Part shown: positions 9,901 through 20,108 of the stretch, piece after piece | Numbering within the stretch: the stretch's first letter is position 1 | Layout of the letters: every line of letters begins with the position of its first letter | Assembly (NCBI GenBank): GCA_026127935.1 | Contig: JAJSLL010000004.1 | Location: 3,590 to 67,589, forward strand | Direction: 5' to 3' | From: Thermoplasmatales archaeon | Lineage (GTDB): Archaea > Thermoplasmatota > Thermoplasmata > Thermoplasmatales > GCA-001856825 | Length of the DNA stretch: 64,000 nt | The notes under the pieces: model-generated | The model's database searches: none | What the model was told of the DNA's origin: nothing | Seen by the model: only the letters and a program-made list of their open reading frames with translations | Translations under genes and position numbers: made by a program

Positions 9901-10306
9901 CATTGAAAAAAATTACATCATAGTCAAGATTGAAAAGGGGGAGGATGTTGGAGAATCAATCACCAAGGTTCTCGATGATTATGGTATCTTTTCCGGTCTG
10001 GTTGAGTTCGGAATAGGCATGATAAGAGACTTGGAGATTGGATACTGGAATGGAAAGGAGTATGATAAAGCACAGCTCCAGTCACCAGGAGAGGTTGTCT
10101 CTTTCCACGGGAGTATATCTAGCAACGAACCAAGGCTCCACATCCACGTATCAGTGGCGTTAAGCGATCACTCAGTAAATGGAGGGCACTTCTTTTCCGG
10201 AACTGCTGACCCGCTCATGGAAGTTCACATTCTGAAGTTGGAAGAAATTGTTCTGAAGAGAGCCCTGAACAAGAAGACTGGTTTAAAGGAACTGATAATA
10301 GAATAG
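9890..10306 (+). CDS. PPC/DUF296-domain protein (putative DNA-binding)
   Basis: 138 aa. The pattern ...FHGSISSNEPRLHIHVSVALSDHSVNGGHF..G.ADPLMEVHI resembles PPC (DUF296) domains. Confidence 0.55.
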   Translation: MISDIEKNYIIVKIEKGEDVGESITKVLDDYGIFSGLVEFGIGMIRDLEIGYWNGKEYDKAQLQSPGEVVSFHGSISSNEPRLHIHVSVALSDHSVNGGHFFSGTADPLMEVHILKLEEIVLKRALNKKTGLKELIIE

Positions 10307-10498
10307 GAGATCGTGGGCCCAGGGAACCGCTACAAGTTGAAAGGCTCATATCATCTTTTAAAACAGTCCTATCTTCGGTTGAAGTAAAACCGAAACCGCA
10401 TAATTCCGCTTTGCGACCGCAGTTCGACTGTTGCCATCCGCAGAATGCATCAAAATTCTTATAAATGATAAATAGAACAACTTGATGTGTAAGCGCCC

Positions 10499-11008
10499 AT
10501 GAAATTTTCCATCAGAATTCCTCTCTGGGTTTCCGTAATTGGATACCTTCTCTTCTTTGTAATGATAGTGGGGTTCACCGTTTTTCTTCCTTGGATAGTT
10601 CCGGTATCACTAATCATTGGGGCTTTCCTGATCGGATTGATTGCCTGGGGAATTCACAAGAGAGTGATGAACTGGCTCATGTTCATTGTGATGGTCCTGG
10701 TCGCATTCATATTCTTTTTCCTTGCGTCAAAGGGATTCGTATTATTTGTGGAAACGAACGTCCTTGGAAAAATCTTCCTGATAGCAGGGATTTCAGGCCT
10801 AGCGATCATATTTCTTGGGAGGGAAAATAGAGAAATAAGGGAATTCGAAAGATTCATAGGGTTTGAAAGTCCCCTGAAGGGACTCCGGAAGAATAGCAAG
10901 TATGTGGCTGGGACTTTCTTTGACTTTAGAAGCGTCTGGTCTAAGATCTATCATCCAAGTCCCAAGAGCAAACTCAGGGTCAAGAAGAAGAAATTCTTCC
11001 AGAGATAG
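10499..11008 (+). CDS. hypothetical membrane protein
   Basis: 169 aa with four predicted TM stretches followed by a basic tail (KLRVKKKKFFQR). Confidence 0.5.
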   Translation: MKFSIRIPLWVSVIGYLLFFVMIVGFTVFLPWIVPVSLIIGAFLIGLIAWGIHKRVMNWLMFIVMVLVAFIFFFLASKGFVLFVETNVLGKIFLIAGISGLAIIFLGRENREIREFERFIGFESPLKGLRKNSKYVAGTFFDFRSVWSKIYHPSPKSKLRVKKKKFFQR

Positions 11009-11276
11009 TTTGGAGCCCGGCTCACTGATTGCTTCTTTTCATTTAGATGGCGTTCCTATATAACCTCGAATTAGAAATAACATACAAATTGGGCCACTTT
11101 AATTTCAGTTAAGATTGTATTCTAGTGAAAGAGAACTCGTCTCCACGACTAGATCTTTCAGTTTCCCTTATTTGATCTCTGAGAATCCCGTCTATTTCTC
11201 TTAATTATCAGTAAAGAAATATACATTGGAACACTAAGACAAATTTGCTATTGAACTTCGCCGGAGCAGTATAACT

Positions 11277-11852
11277 TTAGTTTGAGAATAGTTTCTTAAC
11301 CCTTTCAGTGAGCAGCAATGTTCCTATAGACAGAACTTTCTCATTCTCCACATCTATTGCAGTCATGGATGCAAGCTTGATGTCTATACCGTAACTTTCC
11401 CTTTCGTTCAATCCCAGAAAACTAGCCGTGAGGACCCTTATGGGAAGAGCATGGCTTACAAACAGGTACTGTCCCTCGTAATCAGCAAGCGCACTCTTCA
11501 ACCTATTTAACTGAGAACTCCAAGTCTCCATTCCCAGATCTTCCCTGTTTAACTTAGGGACTTCGTCTACTTTGTATCCGTTATAGGGCCCAAGACCCGA
11601 CTCCCTTATCTTGGAATTTTCCGTTACCTTCAGGCCGATGACTTCTCCGACGGTCCTAGCGGTCTGCTTGGTCCTGAGAAGAGGACTGCAGACGATTCCA
11701 TCAAACTTCAGTCCCTTAAGTTGCTCAGCCGAGAAGAGAATCTGTTCTACCCCTCTTTCTGTCAAAGGGTATTGATTCACGTCTTCTGAAATGATGTTGT
11801 TGACATTTGCAAAACTCTCACCATGCCTCATTAAGATCAGTTTCTTTATCAA
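11277..11852 (-). CDS. histidine phosphatase family protein (phosphoglycerate-mutase-like)
   Basis: 191 aa with the N-terminal LILMRHGESxAN catalytic motif and a downstream SHA motif. Confidence 0.75.
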   Translation of the reverse strand: MIKKLILMRHGESFANVNNIISEDVNQYPLTERGVEQILFSAEQLKGLKFDGIVCSPLLRTKQTARTVGEVIGLKVTENSKIRESGLGPYNGYKVDEVPKLNREDLGMETWSSQLNRLKSALADYEGQYLFVSHALPIRVLTASFLGLNERESYGIDIKLASMTAIDVENEKVLSIGTLLLTERVKKLFSN

Positions 11853-11972
11853 TTAACTCAACCAATCTTTAATGCATCAATTTAATAAAATTTTGCGTAA
11901 AGAATGAGCGTCGGTTGTCAATGCTCCGAAGAGTTTCCTGTGTAGAATAATTATATTTCAAAGTTACTTGCT

Positions 11973-12857
11973 TTATAGCGTTCTGAAATGATCAAAACCA
12001 GTGAGAGACTTAGTATTGCCCTCTAGATCTACCACGCCCCTGCCTTCCAAAACTCTTCCTAACAGAGGGTAACCTTTCAGTCTTTCAGGAGAAGTAAATA
12101 GAAGTTCGTAGTCTCCCCCTGTGGAGTATAACAAGACTCTTTCATCTTCACTCTTCGAATTTTCAGAGATGTTGTGTTCGATCCTTATCTTGACTCCGCT
12201 CAGAGTGGCGAGAAGTCTCAGCGATTTGTAAATTCCATCCGAGTTGTCGATGCAGGAAGTGATCCTGGAATTGCGGAGAGATTTCAGTACATCAAATCTG
12301 GGTCTTATGTCCAGGATTTCTTCAGTTTTTCGTTTATTCCCTTTATGATATTCCAATATCGCTCGTTCATTTTTCCCAATGGTGGAGGACGCATAAACAA
12401 AATCCCCTGATCTGGCGCCATTTCTTCTAAATTCTCTTCCCTTCTTGACTTCGCCAATGATCATTCCTGTCAAAGAAATCTTTTTTGACTCCTTGAGGTC
12501 TCCTCCAGAAAATTTGACCTTGTATTTACCCAGTTCACTCTTGACCCCTGAGGTGAGGGAGGATACCCAACCCGCATCAAGAGTTCTTGGAAATGAGAAG
12601 GATACCATCATCTCGAGAGGTCTACCATTCTTTGAAGCTATGTCGCTCAGATTGATGTCGACGAGAAATTTTCCGATCAATACCGGGTCCCACCACTTCT
12701 CGAAATGATAACCCTCATTGATGGTGTCCATTGCAATCAAGAGGAACTTCCTTCCCTGATCCAGGAAGTGGACATCCTCGTCTTCGTTCTTTTCCCCTAT
12801 GATCTTCCAAATTTTATCAATGAGTTTTCTCTCCCCTAGTTCTCTTATCTCCATCAC
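11973..12857 (-). CDS. thiL: thiamine-monophosphate kinase
   Basis: 294 aa with an N-terminal ELGERKLIDKI and an AIR-synthase-related fold pattern (AMDTINEGYHF, GGDL). Confidence 0.75.
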   Translation of the reverse strand: MMEIRELGERKLIDKIWKIIGEKNEDEDVHFLDQGRKFLLIAMDTINEGYHFEKWWDPVLIGKFLVDINLSDIASKNGRPLEMMVSFSFPRTLDAGWVSSLTSGVKSELGKYKVKFSGGDLKESKKISLTGMIIGEVKKGREFRRNGARSGDFVYASSTIGKNERAILEYHKGNKRKTEEILDIRPRFDVLKSLRNSRITSCIDNSDGIYKSLRLLATLSGVKIRIEHNISENSKSEDERVLLYSTGGDYELLFTSPERLKGYPLLGRVLEGRGVVDLEGNTKSLTGFDHFRTL

Positions 12858-12894
12858 AAAGATAATTAGATGTAGTTAAATAAATTATCAACTG

Positions 12895-13605
12895 ATGGAC
12901 GAGATAGAGGTCGAGAACAGCATATTCTTCACCAGATATGGAGCGGCATTTCTGGAGGATATTTCCGCTGTTGTAGTATCCGACGTCCACCTTGGTTATG
13001 AAGACGTTCTCGCCATGAATGGCATATTTATACCAAGGGTCCAGTCCCAAATGATTTATGACACCGTTGACCTGATTATCAACAAGTACAAACCGGAAAA
13101 GTTCATAATTAACGGTGATCTGAAACACGAGTTTTCCCACAACACACCCCAGGAATGGAGCGACGTGTATGAGCTTCTGAGGAGGGTAGGTGAGAAATCA
13201 GAACCCATTGTGATAAAGGGCAATCACGACAACTACGTTGCAAACATAGCGTCCAAACTGAACCTAAGAACGTACGACACGTACAAGGAAGGAAGGTATA
13301 CTTTTCATCACGGTCACAAGAATTTCAAGTGGGATGACATAGGAATAATAGGGAATGAGCATCCTGCTGTGGGTCTCAGGGATTCCGTGGATTCTGTTTT
13401 GAAATTGCACTGCTTCCTCTACTTCAAAAAAGAGAGATTGATCGTCCTTCCTGCGATGTCTATCTACGCAGGCGGTTCAGACATCTTGAAGAATGAAATC
13501 AACTCACCAGTTCTGAAGAAGGTAGATCTCGATGAAGGGAGGGTCTACGGTCTCTGGGATGCATACGGAACTATCGATCTCGGGAATGTGAAGGGGCTCC
13601 TATGA
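12895..13605 (+). CDS. metallophosphoesterase (calcineurin-like)
   Basis: 236 aa with motifs VVSDVHLG, NGDLKHEF, GNHD, HHGH and GNEHP, in canonical order. Confidence 0.75.
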   Translation: MDEIEVENSIFFTRYGAAFLEDISAVVVSDVHLGYEDVLAMNGIFIPRVQSQMIYDTVDLIINKYKPEKFIINGDLKHEFSHNTPQEWSDVYELLRRVGEKSEPIVIKGNHDNYVANIASKLNLRTYDTYKEGRYTFHHGHKNFKWDDIGIIGNEHPAVGLRDSVDSVLKLHCFLYFKKERLIVLPAMSIYAGGSDILKNEINSPVLKKVDLDEGRVYGLWDAYGTIDLGNVKGLL

Positions 13606-14327
13606 TTGGTTTCATCTCTGCTGGATTCAACCCACCCTCCAGTTTCACGAGGGAGGAACTTGATTTTCTTGACAAGTCCAAACTAATACTTGTCGACACT
13701 TACACTTCTCCGAATTACATAAGAGAATTTGGCAATAGAGAGCTGACATTTGTTGGTAGAGACAAGCTTGAAAATTTCGAATGGATCTTAAAGGAAGAGG
13801 AAGACGTTTCAATCGTCATCCCCGGTGACGCATTTTCAGCCACTACTCATTTCACAATTTATAAGGAAGCGAAGCTCAGAGGGATCGAAGTCAAGACGTT
13901 TCACAACACATCAATCTTCCCAACGGCTGCAACCAGACTGGGCATGCACCTTTACAAGATCGGCCCTGCTGTGTCCTTGCCAAGATTCAAGGAGAATTTC
14001 AGGCCACTCTCCCCCTACGAGAAAATATTCCAGAATTTCACGAATGGCTTCCACACAATTCTGCTCCTAGATACGGAACCACCACTGGGGCTGAGGGATG
14101 CACTGGATGAACTTCTATGGATGGAATCGCAAGGGAAGAGAGGTCTTTTCAGCAAGGACAGGGAGGTGGGTATTGTTAGCAATCTTGGCACTCCAGACGA
14201 AAGAATTGTTTACGGAAAGATCGACAGTCTGAAGAAACAAGATGAGATCAAAGTTCCACTCACAATAGTCATACCCTCAGACCTTCATTTTCAGGAAAAG
14301 GAAGCCCTCGATTTGTTCCGTACATAG
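13602..14327 (+). CDS. dph5: diphthine synthase
   Basis: 241 aa with GDAFSATTHFTIYKEAKLRGIEVKTFHNTSIF, typical of tetrapyrrole-methylase-fold Dph5. It overlaps the upstream gene by 4 nt. Confidence 0.85.
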   Translation: MIGFISAGFNPPSSFTREELDFLDKSKLILVDTYTSPNYIREFGNRELTFVGRDKLENFEWILKEEEDVSIVIPGDAFSATTHFTIYKEAKLRGIEVKTFHNTSIFPTAATRLGMHLYKIGPAVSLPRFKENFRPLSPYEKIFQNFTNGFHTILLLDTEPPLGLRDALDELLWMESQGKRGLFSKDREVGIVSNLGTPDERIVYGKIDSLKKQDEIKVPLTIVIPSDLHFQEKEALDLFRT

Positions 14328-14403
14328 TTAAGTTTTACTTATTTCAGTAGTCTCATAAAGGTTTATTACTGCGTTGCCATATACGGAGAAAGTAGGTGAA
14401 AAG

Positions 14404-15114
14404 ATGCAATCAGCACAAATGGCTTACGATAGGGCTATCACCGTGTTCTCACCGGACGGAAGGTTGTTCCAGGTAGAGTATGCAAGGGAAGCCGTCAAGA
14501 GAGGTACGACTGCCATTGGTATTGTGTTCGAGGACGGAGCCATCCTTATGGCAGACAAGAGGATAAAGAGCGGACTCATAGAGGATAAGAGCATAGAGAA
14601 GATATTCACTGTAGACGGTCACATAGGGGCAGCTTCATCCGGTCTGATAGGCGACGCTAGGGTATTGATAGACCATGCAAGACTCCAGGCCCAGTCTGAA
14701 AAGGTCACTTACGGGCAGGACATAATAGTCGAGTCATTGGTCAAGAAGATCTGCGATCTGCTTCAGCAGTACACCCAGTATGGGGGAGTGAGACCCTTCG
14801 GTGCGTCCCTCCTGATAATTGGCATAGATGAAACGGGCATCAGCCTGTTTGAAACAGACCCTTCTGGGCTCTCCACTGGTTATAAGGCAGATGCGATAGG
14901 ATATGGACGGGATGCGGCAATAGAGATTCTTGAGAAAGAATACAAGCAAGGCATGCAACTCCAGGACGCTGTAGATCTCGGCATCAAGGCACTCAAGGCC
15001 GGGCTCGAGCAGGGACAGGGACTCGGGATGGTCAGTGTTGGAGTCATAAGGAAAGGGGAGAAATTCAAGATCCTATCTCTGGAGGAGACTAACAAACTAA
15101 TAGGCAACAAGTGA
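14404..15114 (+). CDS. psmA: proteasome subunit alpha
   Basis: YDRAITVFSPDGRLFQVEYA signature. The ATG at 14404 is preceded by GGTGA and is preferred over the TTG at 14374. Confidence 0.95.
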   Translation: MQSAQMAYDRAITVFSPDGRLFQVEYAREAVKRGTTAIGIVFEDGAILMADKRIKSGLIEDKSIEKIFTVDGHIGAASSGLIGDARVLIDHARLQAQSEKVTYGQDIIVESLVKKICDLLQQYTQYGGVRPFGASLLIIGIDETGISLFETDPSGLSTGYKADAIGYGRDAAIEILEKEYKQGMQLQDAVDLGIKALKAGLEQGQGLGMVSVGVIRKGEKFKILSLEETNKLIGNK

Positions 15115-15122
15115 GAAAGTGA

Positions 15123-15818
15123 ATGGTCAAAGTCGAGGACGCTCTTATTGCTAGGTACGAATCAAAGGGTCACAGGTTCGAAGTGCTAATAGACCAGAAG
15201 CTAGTAGATTTAGTAAAATCAGGGAAGAGCGTCAACGTTTCGGAATATCTGGCAACCGACATGGTTTTTAAAGACAGCAGCAAAGGTGACAGGGCATCAG
15301 AAGAAGTGATCAAGGAAGTCTTCGGGACAGAGGACTTCCAGACAGTGGTCATGGAGATAATTAAGAAGGGGCAGGTGCAACTGACCACTGAGCAGAGAAG
15401 GAAGATGCTCGAGGAAAAGAGGAGACAGGTCGTAGAAATTATTGCCAGAGAGTCAATGAACCCACAGTCGGGAACGCCTCACCCCCCTCAGAGGATCGAG
15501 AAAGCGATGGAAGAGGCCAGGGTTAGGGTGGATCCTTTTAAGAGCGCGGAGGAGCAGGTCAACGATGTCTTGAAGGCGATAAGAGTCCTCCTACCTATAA
15601 GATTCGAGCACGTTAAGATGGAGATAGAAGTACCAGGGACAGAATACGGAAAGATATATGCAGAAATGGCAAAATTAGGTCAGATACAGAAAGAGGATTG
15701 GAAGAACAACGGGAATTATAATGCAATAATTGAGATTCCCGCAGGTGTTCAGGATCAGCTATATGATTTCCTGAACAAGAGAACAAAAGGAAATGTGAAT
15801 ATAAAACTAATAAAGTAG
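15123..15818 (+). CDS. ribosome maturation protein SBDS/Sdo1
   Basis: 231 aa. The N-terminus ARYESKGHRFEVLID and the position between psmA and rrp4 fit the archaeal exosome superoperon. Confidence 0.9.
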   Translation: MVKVEDALIARYESKGHRFEVLIDQKLVDLVKSGKSVNVSEYLATDMVFKDSSKGDRASEEVIKEVFGTEDFQTVVMEIIKKGQVQLTTEQRRKMLEEKRRQVVEIIARESMNPQSGTPHPPQRIEKAMEEARVRVDPFKSAEEQVNDVLKAIRVLLPIRFEHVKMEIEVPGTEYGKIYAEMAKLGQIQKEDWKNNGNYNAIIEIPAGVQDQLYDFLNKRTKGNVNIKLIK

Positions 15819-15824
15819 AGGTGA

Positions 15825-16493
15825 ATGTATTTGGATATAGAGAGAAAGATTGTTTTACCAGGAGAAGAGATAAGTCTAGAAGGGATGAAACAGGGGAACG
15901 GAATTTATCACGATAACGGGAAGTATTATTCCTACACCATGGGGGTCATACAGACGTACAACAGTTATGCGAACATCATCCCGCTGGCTGGAAAGTACTA
16001 CCCGGTAAGGAACGACAGGGTAATAGGGAAGGTAATCGACATAGCACCATCGTTCTGGATCATGGACATAAGAGGTCCGTATCCCGGGTTCCTGCACATC
16101 AACGACACACCGTGGAAGAACCTTGACCAGGATCTGAACAAGATTCTGCAAGTCGGAGACACAGTATTTCTCAAGGTCAATGAGATCACGGAATCGAGAC
16201 AGACCTGGCTCTCCCTGAAGGACGCAGGACTCAGGAAACTCGAGGGAGGACACATAATCATGGTCCAACCAACGAAGGTTTCAAGGATCATAGGGAAGGG
16301 CGGATCGATGGTCAACACGATAAAGGAGGCCACGGGCGTTAAAGTTCAGCTCGGGCAGAACGGAGTAGTGTGGCTTGATGGACCTGCTGAAAAGGTGATG
16401 GAAGTAAGAAAGATACTAAGGTTCATTGAGAAGGAAGCACACACATCCGGTCTTACGGACAGGGTAAAAAAGATTCTAGAAGAGAGTAGGTGA
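15825..16493 (+). CDS. rrp4: exosome complex RNA-binding protein Rrp4 (S1 + KH)
   Basis: 222 aa with the KH motif [17 protein letters not shown]. It overlaps rrp41 by 4 nt. Confidence 0.9.
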   Translation: MYLDIERKIVLPGEEISLEGMKQGNGIYHDNGKYYSYTMGVIQTYNSYANIIPLAGKYYPVRNDRVIGKVIDIAPSFWIMDIRGPYPGFLHINDTPWKNLDQDLNKILQVGDTVFLKVNEITESRQTWLSLKDAGLRKLEGGHIIMVQPTKVSRIIGKGGSMVNTIKEATGVKVQLGQNGVVWLDGPAEKVMEVRKILRFIEKEAHTSGLTDRVKKILEESR

Positions 16494-17251
16494 TTGAGTT
16501 GGGAGCGCAAAGCGATATAAAACTGATAAATGAAGAGGGTTTGAGAAACGATGGAAGGAAGTTCAACGAACTGAGACCGATAAGGATAGAGGTCGGGGTC
16601 TTGAACAGGGCAGACGGTTCTGCCTATATAGAGTGGGGAGGAAACAAGGTTCTGGTAGCAGTTTATGGGCCAAGGGAGGCATTCCCGAAGCACACCCAGA
16701 ATCCCTCGAGAGCAATAATAAATGCAAGATACAACATGGCTGCTTTCTCGGTGGACGAGAGGAAGAGACCGGGACCGGACAGAAGGGCAATCGAGATTTC
16801 CAAGGTAATAAGTGAGGCACTCGAGGTCGCTGTCTTCACCGAGCAGTTCCCGAGAACGAGTATAGATGTTTACATCGAAGTCCTCCAGGCGGACGCCGGT
16901 ACGAGGATTGCGGGACTGACAGCAGCCTCTGTTGCACTGGTAGATGCAGGTATACCGATGAAGGACATGGTCGTTGGTTGCGCTGCAGGAAAGATAGATG
17001 GCAAGGTGGTCCTTGACCTGAACAAGGAAGAGGACAATTTCGGTCAGGCAGATCTTCCAATGGCGATAATCCCGAGAACAGATGAGATCGTGTTGCTCCA
17101 GATGGATGGCAACTTTTCGAGGGAGGAACTGGAACAGGCGGTAGAGCTTTCAAAGAAGGCTGCTACATACATCTCCAACCTCCAGAGGGAGGCACTGATG
17201 GCCAAATACAAGAGTCAGGAATCTGAAAAGGAAGGTGAGCGCAGTGAGTAA
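16490..17251 (+). CDS. rrp41: exosome complex exonuclease Rrp41 (RNase PH domain)
   Basis: 253 aa with motifs [21 protein letters not shown] and DAGTRIAG. Confidence 0.9.
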   Translation: MIELGAQSDIKLINEEGLRNDGRKFNELRPIRIEVGVLNRADGSAYIEWGGNKVLVAVYGPREAFPKHTQNPSRAIINARYNMAAFSVDERKRPGPDRRAIEISKVISEALEVAVFTEQFPRTSIDVYIEVLQADAGTRIAGLTAASVALVDAGIPMKDMVVGCAAGKIDGKVVLDLNKEEDNFGQADLPMAIIPRTDEIVLLQMDGNFSREELEQAVELSKKAATYISNLQREALMAKYKSQESEKEGERSE

Positions 17252-18029
17252 GAGCGCAGACGAGATTGTTTATGGATTGAGGAGAGAATACTTAGAAAAG
17301 ATAAGTGCGGAAGGAAACAGGATAGACGGCAGGAAGTTTGATGAGACGAGGCAGGCGGTAGTGAACATAAACTTCGTTCCGAGAGCGGAAGGTTCTGCAG
17401 AGGTGAGACTAGGGGATACAAGAGTTCTGGTGGGAGTAAAGGTAGAACAGGGTGAACCATTCCAGGACACACCCAACAGCGGTATCCTAACTACGAACGC
17501 TGAAATGCTGCCGATGGCTTCTCCAACTTTTGAATCGGGGCCTCCCAGCGAAGATGCAATTGAACTTGCAAGGGTGGTTGACAGGGGAATCAGAGAATCG
17601 AAGATGATCGCACTCGACAAGCTAGTGATAAAGGAAGCGGAGAAGGTGTGGGTGGTCTTCATCGATATGCACATACTTGATTACGATGGAAACCTGATAG
17701 ATGCCTGCTCTCTGGGTGCAGTTGCAGCACTTCTCAACGCAAAGGTTCCAGCTTCAAAGATCGGTGCAGAGGACTACCCGCTACCGATAAACCACGTTCC
17801 GATCACTATAACCTTTGCCAAGATCGGTTCTATCATGGTTGCAGATCCAAATCTGGAAGAGGAAGAAGTTGCTTCAGCTAGATTGTCTGTCGCGACGAAC
17901 GAGAACGGTGATGTAGTGGCGATGCAAAAGGGGCTTAGTGGAAGCATCACGCAGCAAGAACTCTTCAGTGCGGTGGACACATCCATAAAATTGGGAAAGG
18001 ATATTAGGAAGAGAGTATTGGGGAGGTAA
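17235..18029 (+). CDS. rrp42: exosome complex component Rrp42 (RNase PH-like, inactive subunit)
   Basis: 264 aa with [11 protein letters not shown] and [12 protein letters not shown]. It overlaps rrp41 by 17 nt. Confidence 0.9.
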   Translation: MSAVSKSADEIVYGLRREYLEKISAEGNRIDGRKFDETRQAVVNINFVPRAEGSAEVRLGDTRVLVGVKVEQGEPFQDTPNSGILTTNAEMLPMASPTFESGPPSEDAIELARVVDRGIRESKMIALDKLVIKEAEKVWVVFIDMHILDYDGNLIDACSLGAVAALLNAKVPASKIGAEDYPLPINHVPITITFAKIGSIMVADPNLEEEEVASARLSVATNENGDVVAMQKGLSGSITQQELFSAVDTSIKLGKDIRKRVLGR

Positions 18030-18032
18030 CCT

Positions 18033-18290
18033 ATGACGAAGAAGACAAGAAAGGTAGGCAGTTCTGGCAGGTTCGGCGCCAGATACGGCTCTACGGTTAA
18101 GAAGAGGTGGCTCGAGATGGAGAATCTCCGGAAGAGCACCTATGTTTGCCCTAGGTGTCACCACGTATCTGTCAAGAGGATACACTCCGGTATATGGGGT
18201 TGCAGGAAGTGCGGCCTTGAGTTTGTCGGAGACGCATACTCTCCAGAAGTGACCACAGAATTTAAGAAGGTCGACTTGGAAAATGTTTAA
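18033..18290 (+). CDS. rpl37ae: 50S ribosomal protein L37Ae (eL43)
   Basis: 85 aa with GRFGARYG, CPRC...CRKC zinc ribbon. Confidence 0.95.
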   Translation: MTKKTRKVGSSGRFGARYGSTVKKRWLEMENLRKSTYVCPRCHHVSVKRIHSGIWGCRKCGLEFVGDAYSPEVTTEFKKVDLENV

Positions 18291-18414
18291 ATGCATAAGG
18301 TGCGGAAGGGAACTTAAGGACGAAGGAGACACGGCTCAATTCGAGTGTGAATGCGGGTCTAAGGTCTTCGTCAGGATCCCAGGGAACGTCGTAAAAACAG
18401 TCGAAGTTAAGTAG
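18283..18414 (+). CDS. rpoP: DNA-directed RNA polymerase subunit P (Rpo12)
   Basis: This ORF is absent from the ORF track because it is only 43 aa. I translated it by hand as MFKCIRCGRELKDEGDTAQFECECGSKVFVRIPGNVVKTVEVK. It is a zinc-ribbon mini-protein. Its start overlaps the L37Ae end by 8 nt, and its stop abuts the pus10 ATG. L37Ae-RpoP adjacency is the usual archaeal arrangement. Confidence 0.7.
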   Translation: MFKCIRCGRELKDEGDTAQFECECGSKVFVRIPGNVVKTVEVK

Positions 18415-19485
18415 ATGTTCCTTTGCAGCCAATGCGAGGAGAGACTTTCTTACACCGATTCCTCGAAAGGAGAAACCAAGGAAGTTTGCGATCTTTGCAG
18501 TAACCTCCTGGAGCACATTGATGACTATTTCGAAATGTTTAGGGATGAGGTCAAGTCGTATCAATTCTCGACATTCCTTATAGGATTGAGATCTCAAAAG
18601 GACAATTTACAGAGAGAAAGGGAATTAATGGAGAGGCTGGGAAGCACCGCAAGAACCTACAAAGCGGAATTCCAGCTCAGACTGGGAACGAAAATCGAGA
18701 CAGAACTTGGTTACAGGGTGGATTTTGAAAGGCCAGGGTTAATGTTCACAATCAATCAGGAAAACATGGACTTTTCTCTATGGGTAAGGCCGGTATACCT
18801 CAAGGGAAGGTATCTCAAGAGAAGGAGAGGGATTCCGCAGTCGCCATGGATAAAACCAGGAAGAGGAAAGGAATCCGAGAGATCGATTTCAGAGTACATA
18901 GGTCAGCCAGTCTGCAATTTTTTTGAAGGAAAGAATTACAACTTCTTTGCTTCAGGAAGAGAGGATGTAGATGCCCTGATGCTAGGAAATGGAAGGCCAT
19001 TCTATGTTGAGGTGGAATTTCCCAGGAATAGAAGCTCGGATTTTGTTCGGCTCTCAAAAGTGGTATCGGCAGAATCTATGGAAGGGGTGGAGATACTCGA
19101 TTTATCCATTGCAAACCCTGCCGAGATAGAAGAACTGAAGAACTTGAGATCCGACAAGACGTATGAGGTTGGAATCACCATTGAAGGTGATAATGCCCTT
19201 AATATGGAAGAAAAATTGAAGAAATATAGCAATGTGAAGATAAATCAGAAGACCCCCAGCAGGGTCATTTACCTACGAACCGACAAGCTGAGGGAGAGGA
19301 TCATAAGGTCGATAGAAGTGAAGCGGACCACTGGAAAGCAGCTAGTCTTGATTATAAAGGCGGAGGCAGGCACTTACATCAAAGAATTCATAACAGGGGA
19401 CAATGGCCGAACCACTCCGAACCTCAAGGACGACCTGGACATAAACGTTAAAATAGATTATCTTAATGTGCTCGAAGTCAAATAG
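18415..19485 (+). CDS. pus10: tRNA pseudouridine(54/55) synthase Pus10
   Basis: 356 aa with N-terminal CSQC...CDLC zinc motifs and the catalytic motif GREDVDALMLGNGRPFYVEV. Confidence 0.85.
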   Translation: MFLCSQCEERLSYTDSSKGETKEVCDLCSNLLEHIDDYFEMFRDEVKSYQFSTFLIGLRSQKDNLQRERELMERLGSTARTYKAEFQLRLGTKIETELGYRVDFERPGLMFTINQENMDFSLWVRPVYLKGRYLKRRRGIPQSPWIKPGRGKESERSISEYIGQPVCNFFEGKNYNFFASGREDVDALMLGNGRPFYVEVEFPRNRSSDFVRLSKVVSAESMEGVEILDLSIANPAEIEELKNLRSDKTYEVGITIEGDNALNMEEKLKKYSNVKINQKTPSRVIYLRTDKLRERIIRSIEVKRTTGKQLVLIIKAEAGTYIKEFITGDNGRTTPNLKDDLDINVKIDYLNVLEVK

Positions 19486-19496
19486 GAGATGGCAAA

Positions 19497-19787
19497 ATGA
19501 GTAAAATGTCTCACGGTCCCAGGTCCAAGACAAGATACAAGCTCAGAAAGAAGTTCAAGGAACAGGGGCCCATTACCGTAAACAGGATAGTTAAGTCATT
19601 CGAGGTAGGAGACAGTGTGGCCATTGATATTGAACCTTCTTTTCACAATGGTATGCCTTTCAAGAGATTTCAGGGTATGACAGGTGTAGTCGAGGGACAG
19701 AGGGGAGATGCATATCTGGTCAAGATAAGCGACCAGGGGAAACCCAAAACGGTCGTAGCTTTTCCGATTCACCTTAAAAGGGCGTGA
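19497..19787 (+). CDS. rpl21e: 50S ribosomal protein L21e
   Basis: 96 aa with SHGPRSKTRYKL and FQGMTGVVEGQRGDAY. Confidence 0.95.
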   Translation: MSKMSHGPRSKTRYKLRKKFKEQGPITVNRIVKSFEVGDSVAIDIEPSFHNGMPFKRFQGMTGVVEGQRGDAYLVKISDQGKPKTVVAFPIHLKRA

Positions 19788-19796
19788 ACTAGGGGA

Positions 19797-20108
19797 ATGA
19801 AGATCAACTACATCCCTCTGGCCAAAGCAAAGGAACTTCTCAATGATGCATCAAAGGAAAGAGAACTAAATGATGTCCAATCCTCTGCACTCAAGCACGC
19901 GAGCAAGTTTTCAAAGGTGTCTGCAGAGAAAGCTGCAAAGCTAGAAAAGGAATTGGTTTCCTTCGGACTCGAAGAAGTGCTTGCCGTAAAGGTCATAGAT
20001 GTCCTGCCTGCAAACATAGATGAACTCAGATCTGTGGTTTATCCTCACATCCAGACACTGGACCAGGAATTGGGGAACAAGATAATCGAAGCTCTTCACA
20101 AAAGGTGA
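19797..20108 (+). CDS. rpoF: DNA-directed RNA polymerase subunit F (Rpo4)
   Basis: 103-aa helical protein placed between L21e and DUF655, as in other archaea. Confidence 0.75.
   Translation: MKINYIPLAKAKELLNDASKERELNDVQSSALKHASKFSKVSAEKAAKLEKELVSFGLEEVLAVKVIDVLPANIDELRSVVYPHIQTLDQELGNKIIEALHKR

Noticed and set aside
10400-10445. GTTCGA T-loop-like string in the intergenic region, considered as a tRNA
   Set aside because: I could not fold a cloverleaf around it. There is no acceptor stem or anticodon arm, and the T-stem pairing is only 4 bp with a G-U pair.
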